The translations under genes and the position numbers were made by a program. A stretch of DNA of 64,000 bases from the human T2T-CHM13v2.0 reference genome, Homo sapiens: NCBI RefSeq assembly GCF_009914755.1, contig NC_060931.1; one strand, written 5' to 3'. Below the pieces are notes generated by a model. That model ran no database searches. It worked only from the letters and a program-made list of their open reading frames with translations, and was not told where the DNA came from. This document shows positions 1-12,708 of the stretch, piece after piece. Position 1 is the stretch's first letter; every line of letters starts with the position of its first letter.

Positions 1-127
1 TTGGCCTAATGTGAGAAAGTACACAATTAAAAGCAAAAGTGAATACCAATGCTAGATTTGAAGTACTCTAAGGCCTTTGCTACTCAGAGTGTGGTCTGGG
101 GAACAGCAGCATTGGCATCCCTGGAAG

Positions 128-886
128 GATATTATGCTAAGAGAAATAAGCCAGGCATAGAAAGATAAATACTGCATGATCTTACATATATGTAAAATCT
201 AAAAAAAAAAAACATTGAATTCATAGAAGCAGAGAGTAGAATGGTGATTAACAGGGTTAGGGGAGAGCAGAGAAAAAAGGGAGTTGGATATTAAGGAGAT
301 GTTGGTCAAAGGATACAAAATTTCAGTTAGGAGATCTATTGTACAACCTAGTAACTATAGTTAATAACAATATATCATATGTAGCCTGCCCTCTGTATCC
401 ATGGGTTCAACCGATCATAGATTGAAAATATTCAGAAAAAAATTGCATTTGTACTGAGCATGTACGGACTTTTTCCTTGTCACTATTCCTTAAACAATAC
501 AGTAGAACAACTATTTACATAGCATTGATATTTTATTAGTAATTAAATATTATAAGCAATCTAGAGGTGTTTTAAAGTATACTGGAGAATGCACATAGGC
601 TACATGCAAACACTACACCATTTTATATCAAAGACTTGAACATCCATGGATTTTGGCATCTAAGAGAGGTCCTGTAACCAATAACCCATGGGTACCGGAG
701 GACAACTGTACCTGAAAATTGTGAAAATAGTAGATTTTCAATGTTCTCACAACAAAAAAAGTGATAAGTATGTGAGGTAATAGATATGCTAATTTGCCTG
801 ATTTAGCCATTCCATAATGCATACAGATATTAGAACATCATGTCCTATACCATGAATATATACAAATTTTGTCAATTAAAAAAAAC
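128..886 (+). mobile_element. L1MA-type LINE-1 3' end, interrupted by MER2
   Basis: attatgctaagagaaataagccaggca...gagagtagaatggtg...gtatgtgaggtaatagatatgctaatt...A tail is a typical L1MA 3' UTR. Confidence 0.85.
382..708. mobile_element. MER2 (TcMar-Tigger MITE)
   Basis: Terminal inverted repeats (gccctctgtatccatggg / cccatgggtaccggaggacaactg), followed by TA. The internal aacaactatttacatagcatt matches MER2. Confidence 0.9.
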
Positions 887-950
887 ACAACATCAATAAC
901 AAACTCCACAGTACATAAGGCTGCACTCAGATATACAAACCAGAACCTGC

Positions 951-1543
951 TTTTATTTATTTATTTATCTGCTTAAATGCACTTTATTTTTTAGAACATT
1001 TCACAGTAAGATTGAGCAGAATGTGCAGATTTCCCATCTACTCCCATCCCTACACAGGCACAACCTCTTACATTATCAACCTTACCACCAGATTGGTCCG
1101 TTTGTTGCAATCTATGAACCTAAGCAGACACATCATAACCACCCGAAGTCCATAGATTACATTAGGGTGAGTGTTGTACCTTCTATGGGTTTGGACAAAT
1201 GTATAAGGACATGTTTCTAAAATTATTGTATCACACAGCATGGTTTTACTGCCCTAAAAATCTTCTATTTTCCACCTGTTTATTCCTCCCTTCCCCCAAC
1301 TCCTGGCAGCCACTTATTTTACTGTTTCTAGAGCTCTGCCTTTTCCAGAATGTCATTTACTGTAGCTGGAATCATACTGTATGCAGCCTTTTCAGATTGG
1401 CTTATTTTACTTAATAATGTGCTTTTAAGTTTCCTCACATATCCTTTTATGGCTTAAGAGCTCATTTCTCTTAGTACTGAATATTCCATTGTCCACATGT
1501 GCCATAATGTATTTATCCATTCACCTACTGAAGAACATCTTGG
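951..1543 (-). mobile_element. L1MC-type LINE-1 3' end
   Basis: (TTTA)n tail, then gacacatcataaccacccgaagtccatagattacattaggg...ttctatgggtttggacaaatgtata, the antisense L1MC1/2 3' UTR. Confidence 0.85.
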
Positions 1544-2056
1544 AAGATGCATTTTAATACGATTTCCAGATTATTCATGTGCATATTGAGTTTGAGAAGT
1601 GTTAGCCAGCTTTGGGCTGGGTTGTAAGAAAAGGCCTAGGCTAATCCTTGTATGTTTATTTTTTTAACAGCCTCTGCTTTTTGTAAAAGTACCTTTGGTA
1701 TTTCCTACATGACTACCTATGTGACTTTATTAAATGTTGTCTTCTACTGCAGGAGGCAGTGACCACTTATTAGCAATGTAAGGTTTTCTGATCACTGAGT
1801 GATGACTTTGATATGAAGTGGGTTGTTTAACCACAAGCTGATCTCAAACCCTGAGGTTTGAGCCCTGTTTTCCAAATGTGAACTGAACACTTGGCCAGAT
1901 GCTGGAGAGGCAAAAATATGATGGCCCCTGTTCTCAAAAGGTAGTTCCCTCACAAGGATTTGTGTTTAGTCACCCTTTGGTATAAGCAAGAACGTCTGGT
2001 CTCTTCCATGATGAATAAATAATTACAAATCCTTCACCACACCTGTAGTATATAGT

Positions 2057-2189
2057 TAGGGTGAACATACATTCTGGTGTGCCCAGGACAGTCTCAGTTC
2101 ATTCTTATTGTCCTCAAGTAATTATTAATTGTACTCACTATCATTCTCAGAAGCATCCCCTTTGAAAAATATGTTTTATGGTCACCCTA
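2057..2189. mobile_element. MER94-like hAT-Blackjack MITE
   Basis: TIRs tagggtgaacata / tatggtcacccta, about 133 bp long, with internal gcccaggacagtc. Confidence 0.8.
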
Positions 2190-3059
2190 CCTATAACCAA
2201 ATGGTGATCACTGATGAACACTACAGTTTCTATTAGAGGATATTTTGAAGCTGACCAAGAGAAGGCAAAGGAGCAAGGTTATTCAACAATGTGGTTGTCA
2301 CTAGAACAATTGGGGTCAGAGAATAGAAACAAAATAATGCCCTAATTCTAACAGAAAAAAGAAATAGAAATAATCTATAATGAAACATGTATTTCAATAT
2401 GTATATTATCATGTATGATCTCACCAGTCAAAGGCTGCTGACCTTTGTAGAATCTGTGTAAATGGAATAGCTACGAACACAGAATGATAGATGCATGCTA
2501 TTGGTGACTTAAAACCCATGAATTATATTTCTTCTTGATGTTCTGAATTTCTGAAATTATGACTAATTCTTGGTAAAAATTGGAACAAACCTAAATCAAT
2601 TTTTCTTTGAATTACAGAGTACTTGTATTCCTAGAAAATCTCTGTGTGTTAAAACCACACAGAGCTGCTCTGTGCTTATGTGTACAACAGATTTTCATCA
2701 AAAACAGATTATTCACTTATAGGAGTGTCCGTTAGGACATTCAATAGCTGCCCAGGACATGGTATAATTCTTCATGAAGTCTCATGAAATGCGATGTTTT
2801 TAGCTTCCTTGGCCCCACTTACTCATCTCCAGTTGGGCTTCTGATCATTTTGACAGGCAAAACCCTCGCCTCTCTTCTTTCTTTGGGGCACTTACCCCAT
2901 CAGTCTTTTTTTTTTTTTTTCCAGATAATTTCAACCTGTCCATTTTTTGACTCTGCCTTGGCATCTAGCTACCATCTCTCTCTCCTTTTCTTATCATTTA
3001 ACCATCAAGTTCATAAATAGAATGAGTTATATTCTAATTGTAGCTTCATATTTAACTCT

Positions 3060-3600
3060 CACTGTATGCCCTTCAGACTTTTTGCCACCACATCAACACA
3101 ACTGCTTTGTCAAAGGCCTTCAAGGCACTGTCCCCTCCAGCCCCTAACTCCTCACTTGGAAGTATTACTTGACTTCTCTGTGGCATTTGATACTGGGAAC
3201 CGGCTCTTCAAGTAGTTAATTACTCCACTGCAGTCTCCTTTACCTATCTCATCCTCTGGGTGTGCTTTAAATCTTTGATTTAATTGTCTGTTTTTATCCG
3301 CATGCTGATGATTCCTGGAACTCTATTTCCAGCTCAGATATCTCTCCTGAGTTCCTGACTTGCGTTCAATTGCTTGTAAGTTATTGCCATCTGGATCTCC
3401 CAATAATAATTAAAAATCAAGATGTCCACATTTTTACTCACTACCTATCTTCTATTTCTCTCATATTCATTATCTTGCTTGTAACTAACACATCACCTAC
3501 CCCATCACTCACGGCAGAAACTAAGGCCACCTGGACTTTCCCCTTTGCCACCCACTCTCCACCCTCCCCTACCTCTCAATATTAAACATGCATTCTTTTT
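3060..3600 (+). mobile_element. L2 LINE fragment (degenerate RT region)
   Basis: aactgctttgtcaaagg, tggcatttgatactg and catgctgatgattcc...ctatttccagctcagatatctctcctgag (YADD-like region). Confidence 0.65.
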
Positions 3601-4344
3601 TTTCTTCACCAGCCGCTTCCACTGTTATTGATTTTCTTCAGCCATTTTTATTTCTCACTGGAACTGTTGCAATACACTCCTGAAAAAGAGGAGTAGTCTA
3701 GAATCAAGAAAACAAATTTGAGAAGAGAAATAATTTAAAGCAGAATATAAATTATAAGTTGAATCTGAACTTTTTATTGTTAATCTCACTGTCTCTAAAA
3801 CTGGCAAGTTTTGATTTAAAATATTTACTTTGTTCTTTCCATTCATGTACTCTTGCCTACTTTATGAAACTTCTGGGCCTTTTCAGTTTAACCTGTGGTT
3901 CAACACACTGAAGACTTCTCCTATAGCTAAGGGCCTAGGACTGTTCCTTGCATTGTAAAAAGGTCTTAGATTGTCTTTTCTGGATCTCTGATTAGCTTTT
4001 GGGTTTTTGTAAAATTTAATTATTTATTTATTTTTGGTAACCGCAAATAGATATTAAAAGAGAAAGATTATGGGTGACTATAATCTTTCTAATGGTGTTC
4101 TCTAATGACTGTCTTTCCCCTAATTAGGAATTTCTTTTCTGACTCCTTTGTGGCTCAGCTTTTTTTCTTTGCACATTTTCCCCAGTGAATACAGTGCAAA
4201 ATTTTCTCATTTAACAAAAAATTCTGAAGTACTTCAGTAACTTAAAAATATAATATCTAAGATGGATTGTTCTCCTGTCAGAGAATAGTATCTATTTTCA
4301 AGGAACGGTATGACATGATAGATAAAAAGACAGATTTTATTAAG

Positions 4345-4530
4345 TTGACTGCATTTAAATCTTGATTCTGATACTTGTATGTATTTACTTGAGCAATTAC
4401 TTTTCTCCCTCTGAGCCTCCATTTTCTTATTTGTAAGGTAGCATAATGGTAGGTTCTATCTTGTAGGGTGCTTATTGGGATTAAATTAGTTAATTTGGTG
4501 AAGTATAGTGCTTGTAACAAAATAAGTTGC
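4345..4530 (+). mobile_element. MIR SINE
   Basis: Core cttgagcaattactt...ctctgagcctccattttcttatttgtaa...gggattaaattag. Confidence 0.75.
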
Positions 4531-4573
4531 ACTAAAAAACTGCATACATAATGAAACAGTAGAAACAGTTTTC

Positions 4574-4870
4574 TTTTTTTCTTTTTTGACACAGACTCTT
4601 GCTCTGTCACCCAGGCTGGAGTGCAGTGGTATGATCATGGCTCACTGAAACCTTGACCTCCTGGGCTCAAGCCATTCTCTCACCTCAGCCTCCTGAGTAG
4701 CTGGGAATACAGGCACACGCTACCATGCCAGGCTAAAAATTTTTAATTTTTTTAGAGATGGGGTTTCACCATGTTGCCCTGGCTGATCTCGAATTCCTAG
4801 GCTCAAGCGATCTTCCTGCCTCAGCCTCTCAAAATGTTGGGATTACAGGCATGAGTCACCATGACCGGCC
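4574..4870 (-). mobile_element. AluJ
   Basis: Full antisense dimer with J-type ctgggctcaagc in both arms. Degenerate TSD tagaaac(aa)agttttc. Confidence 0.95.
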
Positions 4871-5054
4871 TAGAAACAAAGTTTTCAAATACGGATATAA
4901 AATAATTTATATGCTAATATGGAATAAATTCATAATTCTACCCAAAAGTCCACATATTTTAATTTTCCTACTTAGTAATGTTGGCTTACATTTCAATTTA
5001 CCACCTGCTCACTGATTGTTGTTAGATGAAAGGTAATGCTACAACACTTGTTAT

Positions 5055-5350
5055 TTACAGACTCTTCTCCCAGGCGTCCCCATGGCTCCTTGTCCCTTGC
5101 TTCCTTCAGGTCTCTGCTCCAGCGGCATCTTAGCACAGAGACTTTTCCTCCATCTCTCCTGTACATATTCCTGGTTTATTTTTCTTATCACTGTACCATC
5201 CCCTCTCACAACATATACATTTAATGTCTGGCATCCACATCTAAAACATTTATTCCATTAGACAGTGTCTCTTACGTTCACTGCTGTATCCCTAGGCCCT
5301 AAAACAGTGCCTGGCACATAGAAATGATCCACTAAATATTTGTTGAATTA
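5055..5350 (+). mobile_element. L2a 3' end
   Basis: tccttcaggtctctgctc...ttcactgctgtatccc...aacagtgcctggcacatag...aaatatttgttgaat. Confidence 0.85.
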
Positions 5351-5437
5351 ACTTTACCTAATTTGATCCTAGCAAAGCTCAGTGAGTTCTGGAAGGCAGA
5401 TGTCATTTCCCTGTTTTTACATAAATGGGTAAAAACT

Positions 5438-6339
5438 AATCTGACAAGGGGCTAATATCCAGAATCTACAAAGAACTTAAAGAAATTTACAAGAAAAAAA
5501 CAACCCCATTAAAAAGTGGGAGAAGGATATGAAAAGACATTTCTCTAAAGAAGACATTTATGCATCCAACACACTTTTGAAAAAATGCTCACCATCACTG
5601 GTCATTAGAGAAATGCAAATCAAAACCACAATGAAATACCACCTCACACCATTTAGAATGGTAATCATTAAAAAGTCAGGAAACAACAGATGCTGGAGAG
5701 GATGTGGAGAAATAGAAACACTTTTACACTGTTGGTGGGAGTGTAAATTAGTTCAACCATTGTGGAAGACAGTGTGCCAATTCCTCAAGGATCTAGAACT
5801 AGAAATACCACTTGATCCAGCAATCCTATTACTGGGTATATACCCAAAGGATTATGAATCATTCTACTATAAAGACACATGTACATGTATGTTTATTGCG
5901 GCACTGTTCACAATAGCAAAGTCTTGGAACCATCCCAAATGCCCATCAACGATAGACTGGATAAAGAAAATGTGGCACATTTGCACCATGGAATACTATA
6001 CAGCCATAAAAAAGGTGAGTTCATGTCCTTTGCAGGGACATGGATAAAACTGGAAACCATCATTCTCAGCAAAGTAACACAGGAAGAGAAAACCAAACAC
6101 CGCATGTTCTCACTCGTAAGTGGAGTTGAACGATGAGAACACATGGGCACAGGGAGGGGGAACATCACACACCGGGGCCTGTTGGGAGTTGGGGGCTCGG
6201 GGAGGGATAGCACTGGGAGAAATACCTAATGTAAATGATGAGTTGATGGTTGCAGCAAACCAACATGGCACATGTACACCTATGTAACAAACCTGCACAT
6301 TGTGCACATGTACCCCAGAACTTAAAGTATAATAAAAAA
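5438..6339 (+). mobile_element. 5'-truncated L1PA (about L1PA6-8), ORF2 end plus 3' UTR
   Basis: tctgacaaggggctaatatccagaatctacaaagaac through a G-rich 3' UTR to cttaaagtataataaaaaa. Confidence 0.97.
5529..6047 (+). pseudogene. Non-functional L1 ORF2p C-terminal fragment (cysteine-rich CCHC region)
   Basis: The translation contains [41 protein letters not shown] and DWIKKMWHI. It lacks the EN and RT domains and a promoter. Confidence 0.9.
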
Positions 6340-6343
6340 GCAA

Positions 6344-7110
<767 letters not shown>

Positions 7111-7252
7111 TAGAGTTCTTAGAGTTCAGGAAGGTGAGATGATTTGTTCAAGTTCATATAACTGGTAAGTGGCAGTGGTAGAACCAGAATCCAAGTCAGG
7201 CCTCCTTATATAGCCTTGTTGCTCTTCATGGCCAAATTTAAGGAAGAAGGAG

Positions 7253-7254
<2 letters not shown>

Positions 7255-7294
<40 letters not shown>
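7255..7294. repeat. (AC)20 microsatellite
   Basis: Read directly. Confidence 0.98.
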
Positions 7295-7298
<4 letters not shown>

Positions 7299-7804
7299 GA
7301 TAGTAGAAATGGTGTTTCCCGTAGTTGTGTAGCATGATGGCCTTGACCAATACCCATGTTTATCTTTTTTTTTCTACATACCTGCTGCATAAATCTCGAA
7401 ATACCCATCCACACAGAAAGAATAGTAACTACTCCACAACTACCCCCATCACACTAGTATGTGAGTCAGTAAGCATTGCTCACCCTAGCCACATGGGTTG
7501 AGTCATGACAGAATATGAGGATTAAAAAATTATCACACTTGGTGAAAGCATCTGTCTCTCTGGATGAAAGTTATAGCTCTTGGTTGCAATTTCTTAACTG
7601 TTTGGGTCACTGAAGATTTCATGGTCCATGCTCTTGTTGATGTCCTGTCCAAATTTCCTGGGTGTAATTAATTTCTGTTGATCTCTGTTCCCGCAGTTGT
7701 TTCACTTAGATACAACATTCTTAATTTAGGCTTCTAAATTATTTTATGACATTTATTTGCATAGTTAAACAGTTGGCATGCTTCAGTGTAGATTTCTATT
7801 TTAG

Positions 7805-8003
7805 CATGTAGACAGTTTTGAAAATATGAACTCTTATTTGCTACAACTCTTGTAGGAAACTACAACAGTTGAGTCCATAATAATGTTTATACATTATTAT
7901 ATACTCAACCAATATAAATATTATATATAACAGTATATAATAATATACTCAACTGTTGTAGGAAATGCACATGAGTTCATATTTTCTAAAAGTACTCTAC
8001 ATG
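7805..8003. repeat. Nested imperfect inverted repeat (~200 bp)
   Basis: Arms 7805-7833 / 7973-8003, and a perfect 15-bp pair ctacaacagttgagt (7860-7874) / actcaactgttgtag (7947-7961). Confidence 0.9.
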
Positions 8004-9150
8004 TAGAAAAGCAAATTAATAACTAGGGGACAGTTACAAAATACTAAGTAAACATATGTATGCTCACATATGTGCATATATTTATTTCTGAATACTAAAT
8101 GATAAAACTGAGGCTTGGACCTGAACTATTCAATTCCAAGATATAATACCTGCATCACCCTTCAGCACACATATATGATGGCATAAGCACTAAGCCATAT
8201 ATAAATAGATGTGTGTGTGAGAAGGTGGGAAAGAACAAGCTTGCACATCAGAAAATGATTTAAAAGATTATCTTAATTATAACTGTGAATGCATATTTTC
8301 CCCTAACAGTAATGCATTCACTTATTCTTTGAAGAACGTTTCAGCATAGAAGGGCTAGACCCTTTGGTAGACAAACGACTAGCAAATCTGCCCACGGCCT
8401 CTGTCTATAATCACAACAGTCTGATTTTAAAAGGGAAAACTCTTTCACTATATAGCTAACAGAAATAGAAAAGCTAAAGGAGCCAGTTGGACATCTGGCC
8501 AGGCAAGGACAGATACTATTCCTGGCATATAGTATAAAGGGTGTCTTGAGAGGATGAGTCTTCTAATGACTTGGCATAAATGAAGTTCCTTGGCCTATTT
8601 CCAGCTTTTTCCTTGCACAACCTCAGCATGTGTTTGTGCATTCCTGGTGTTAAAGTCAGCCTTTCCTTCTAGGGTACCGCCCTTTTCCTACCTTACAGAC
8701 TAATATAGCTCACTAAAAGGCACCAAAACAGTTGGTTGGCTGCAACTATACCTGTTACACAGTAGATATTTCTCCCTTTGTACCTCTTAACTGCCATTCT
8801 TTCCATATGCCATTTCTTCAGCCGGGAGTAATTCCTGTAGATCATTACATAGTTGCTCTTCCCTCCTCTTCCAGCCTCCTGTCCTGGGTTTGCTTTTAGC
8901 CAAGGAAACCCTAAATAGGATAGGGAATCATTCTCTGCATGTTTTGATATCCTTTTCATTCACTCCAGCCATCCCCACTCCCAGGTTAGAGGGCTGACTC
9001 AGCCATCCCCACCTATATGTCAGCACACTCTCACGGAGTGTTCTTCATGTCTAAGTTATGGTGACACCTCAAATTCCCTCAGCTCTCTGTCCTCAGGGCA
9101 CTTACAATTTAATTAGGTAGATAGCACACATGTTCACAAAAAGTTAGCTA

Positions 9151-9498
<348 letters not shown>

Positions 9499-11024
9499 GT
9501 GGTGGCAAAAATAGATGCCGCATGAGTTGAAAGGATCACTGTGAGTTGGAGTTAATTGGGAAGTAGTCATGAAAAATTTGAAATTATTTGCAGCTAGAAA
9601 TTCTAGGTCTACATAGGATAGAATAACCCCACCAGTATTAAAAGACACTAAACATATCTAATAATGACACAAATATAGAGACTGTGTTTATAAGGGTATT
9701 AAGATGTCACTAAACATTAAAAAAATGAATATCATCAGCTATTGAAGAACCCTTTTATTTGGGAAGAGGAAAGTTATGTTTGTTTAGAACTGGACTACCT
9801 TTGTCTCAGAAGCCTTTCCTTGGCTAGAAACTGCCACTTCAGGATACACTCTGTGTGTTGTTCTGTACTCAGGAACTTTTACCCTATACATACTGTCAGC
9901 TTCAAAGATGAGGAAGATGTAAACTAAGAGAATGTTAAAAATAGTCTTCATAAGAATGTCTTCTCTGTCTAATGCCTTAGGTTTGCTGAGTTTGCCTTTT
10001 TTTCTTATAAGGAAAGGAGAAGCAAAGAAGTAGAGAAAAGGAGAAAAAATGAACTTTTAAGTAGGTGGTGAGAAAAACCACACCGATAAAAATTATAAAC
10101 AATACTGCATGGTCTCTTACGGAATGGGCTCTTTGAATACCCAGTGAGGCATGTTTACCAGAAGAAGAAAGATCGAGTTGGCTGGCGCCTCTTAAATGTG
10201 CATACTCAAGAGTTCGGGACACACATATGCTTTTGTGTGTGTTTTCTCACAGGACACTTTCAGCCGCCAATCTTTTTCTAATCTCACTTGTCTTTTCAAA
10301 TTGAGGAAGGTATGGGATTTCTGTAGAGGACATAGATATGTAAAGGTCCATTAGGAAGTTATCTGATATTTAAATGCAAAAAAATGCAATTAAAGTCCTA
10401 CTACCCTTTTTATAGTTTGTTTTCTTTATTTGAAGCAGTCAGGAATTAAAAACAACTGAAACCATTTTTTAAAACCTTTCAAGAAGTTCATTCTTGGATT
10501 AAGCCCAAACATACAGTCAGTAAGCCAAAAATGGACTATTTTCACAAAGAGTTGAGTGATGGAAAGCAGAAGCTGTCATGGAAAGTGTTATGTGAATATT
10601 CTCATTAAATTAAAAAAAAAGTTGGCTCTGGGCTGGAAGTAGTCATTTCTTTACCTTTTAAAAACTCTAGCAAATTATTTCCCTTTGGAGGATGATCATT
10701 TGAGCTAATTTGCCTGCATTCCAAATATTATGGGCCTTGTGACAGTACACATTTTTTTTTTTTTTTAACAAGTTTCTCCCTTGGTCTGTGGGCAGATTCT
10801 GGGCATGTCTCAATAAAAAGTCAAGGCTGTTCAAATTCTGAATGTAGTGACTGTCTCATTGATTTTGATTGACAGGATTTTGTACTGCATAATTTACTTA
10901 GTAATGTAAATTGTGAATATAGTTCATATATGCTTCCTTTAGCTCCCACTAAAATATTGTAGTAAGATATATTTTAACATGGACTATCCACACATTATTT
11001 TAACAATTTTTGAAAACTATAAAG

Positions 11025-11211
11025 CAGAGGTTCTGAAAGTGTAGATTCTCAGCTAGCAGCTGCAGCCTCACCTGGGAACTTGTTAGCAATGCAAATTCTC
11101 AGTCCCCATCACAGGTTTACCTAATCAGAATCTCTGAGAGTGGTGCCCAGCAATTTGTGGTTTAACAAGCTATCCGGGTGACTTGGATGAGCTAAACTTT
11201 GAACACCAATG
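11025..11211. mobile_element. MER5A
   Basis: cagaggttctgaaagtgt...cacctgggaacttgttagcaatgcaaattctc...ctaaactttgaacaccaatg. Confidence 0.9.
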
Positions 11212-11899
11212 CTATAGAGTGTAAGAGTTGCAGGTACAATGGACCCAAAGTAGAAATATTTGCTACTCTAAAAAGAAGCCCAAAAATCTTAATTTTTTTA
11301 TTCTTCAAATCTGTTAGAACACAATTTTATAACATGCCATCCTATAACATAATGGACTTAGCCTTTGTTTATGCATTCAACATAATCTAAGTAGTTACAG
11401 ATTTCTTAATGCTCGTCATCTGAAATATTTAATATAGAGATGACTCTGATATGCCATATATTAGTAATCTTCCAGATGATAATTTTGGATGCAATGAAAT
11501 CCAGAGAAAAATTTAGTTCTGCCCGTAAAGCTCTAAGAAGATCCCTGTTAACTTTAGCATTTGAGAAATATTCCAAAAGTGAAGATTAGTAGTAATATCA
11601 CAATGATTGAAAATTACGGGATTATTTAACACTTGAAAATAGTCTTCATTCTGTCATTCACAATTCTCTTCACATAACTTAGAGAAAAGTATCTGAGAAA
11701 TACTATCAGATAATATTTATATTCTGACTAAAATAAATATATACAAAGCCCTTACAATCATTATTGACACATGTCATTTTATTATGCTGAAACTCCAATT
11801 TTCTTGGCAAACTTCCTTTTATCTCTGTTACCAAAAGGAAGACAAAGGCAAGTTGTATTGCACAATATAAAGTTTTAGCTAAAGAGATGGATAATATAA

Positions 11900-12010
11900 A
11901 CTCCAAACCCGGTTCTGCCGTTGACAGTGTGTAAATGTGAACAAGGTACTTAGCTGCTCTGGGCCTCTGTTGTCTCAGTTATAAAATGAACAGGTTGGAT
12001 TAGATCTCCA
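11900..12010 (+). mobile_element. MIR fragment
   Basis: cccggttctgcc...ctctgggcctctgttgtctcagttataaaatg...ggttggattagat. Confidence 0.65.
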
Positions 12011-12014
12011 AATC

Positions 12015-12478
12015 CTGCTTCAATTAGCTGTTATAGTATAACAAACAATTATAAACATAATGGCTTAAAGCAGTAATAATTTATTATTTCTCAATTTATT
12101 ACTTCTACAAGTAATGTGGGTGGTTCTGCACCTTGGGTTAGGCTTGGGCAATGTCAGCAGGACTAACTGTAATAAGATAGCAGGGTGGCTGGAAGCTGAC
12201 CAGTCTTGGATAGGCTCCATGTGGTCTCCCATCCTGCATAGCCTGGGCTTTTCTCATGCTCATGGTAGGGTTCCAAGAGAACAAGTAGAAGCATGCAGTC
12301 TCTGAAAGCAGAACAGGCATAACAATATGGCTGCCACATTCCGTTGGCCAAAACAAGTCACAAGCCAAATTTAAAAGGTGGGGAAACAAGACTCCACCTT
12401 TGATGGGAGGCACTGCAAAGTCACATTGCAAGAGGTATAGCTACAGGAAGAATTGGGCTGCTCTGGCAATCAATCAAC
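12015..12478 (-). mobile_element. MLT1 (MLT1H-like) MaLR solo LTR
   Basis: ttggccaaaacaagtcacaagcc...gactccacctttgatgggagg...ctgcaaagtcacattgcaa. Confidence 0.85.
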
Positions 12479-12534
12479 CCTTCTAACTTAAAATACTGTG
12501 AAATAGCAGGAAATATGTTCAATATAATTTTACC

Positions 12535-12708
12535 GAATGCTCAGTATGGAGCGTTCCAGGAATACAGGGATATTTAGGAAAATTAAAGAAGCAGAAAGGA
12601 TGTAACATATTTGTGAAAATAGAATACTCACTATGGTGTGTTTCAGGTATACAGAGATATTTAGGAAAATGGAAGATGCAGAAAGGATATAACGTATTTG
12701 TGAAAACT
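12535..12708. repeat. 87-bp tandem duplication, 2 copies
   Basis: 12535-12621 aligns to 12622-12708 without gaps, with about 14 mismatches by hand count. Confidence 0.95.

Larger units (their letters stand above)
75..1603. mobile_element. MER5-family hAT-Charlie MITE broken into three pieces (~75-127, ~905-955, ~1545-1603) by later L1 insertions
   Basis: The left end ctactcagagtgtggtc...cagcagcattggcatc, the middle ccagaacctgctttta and the right end gcattttaa...gtgcatattgagtttgagaagtg match successive parts of the MER5 consensus. Confidence 0.6.

Noticed and set aside
5529-6213. Longest ORF (172 aa) and overlapping ORFs as a host gene
   Set aside because: They lie entirely inside a truncated L1PA. 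They are an ORF2 remnant and its alternative frames.
8693-8959. 88-aa minus ORF ending in a hydrophobic stretch
   Set aside because: No recognisable homology, no supporting splice or promoter context, and a length within chance expectation.
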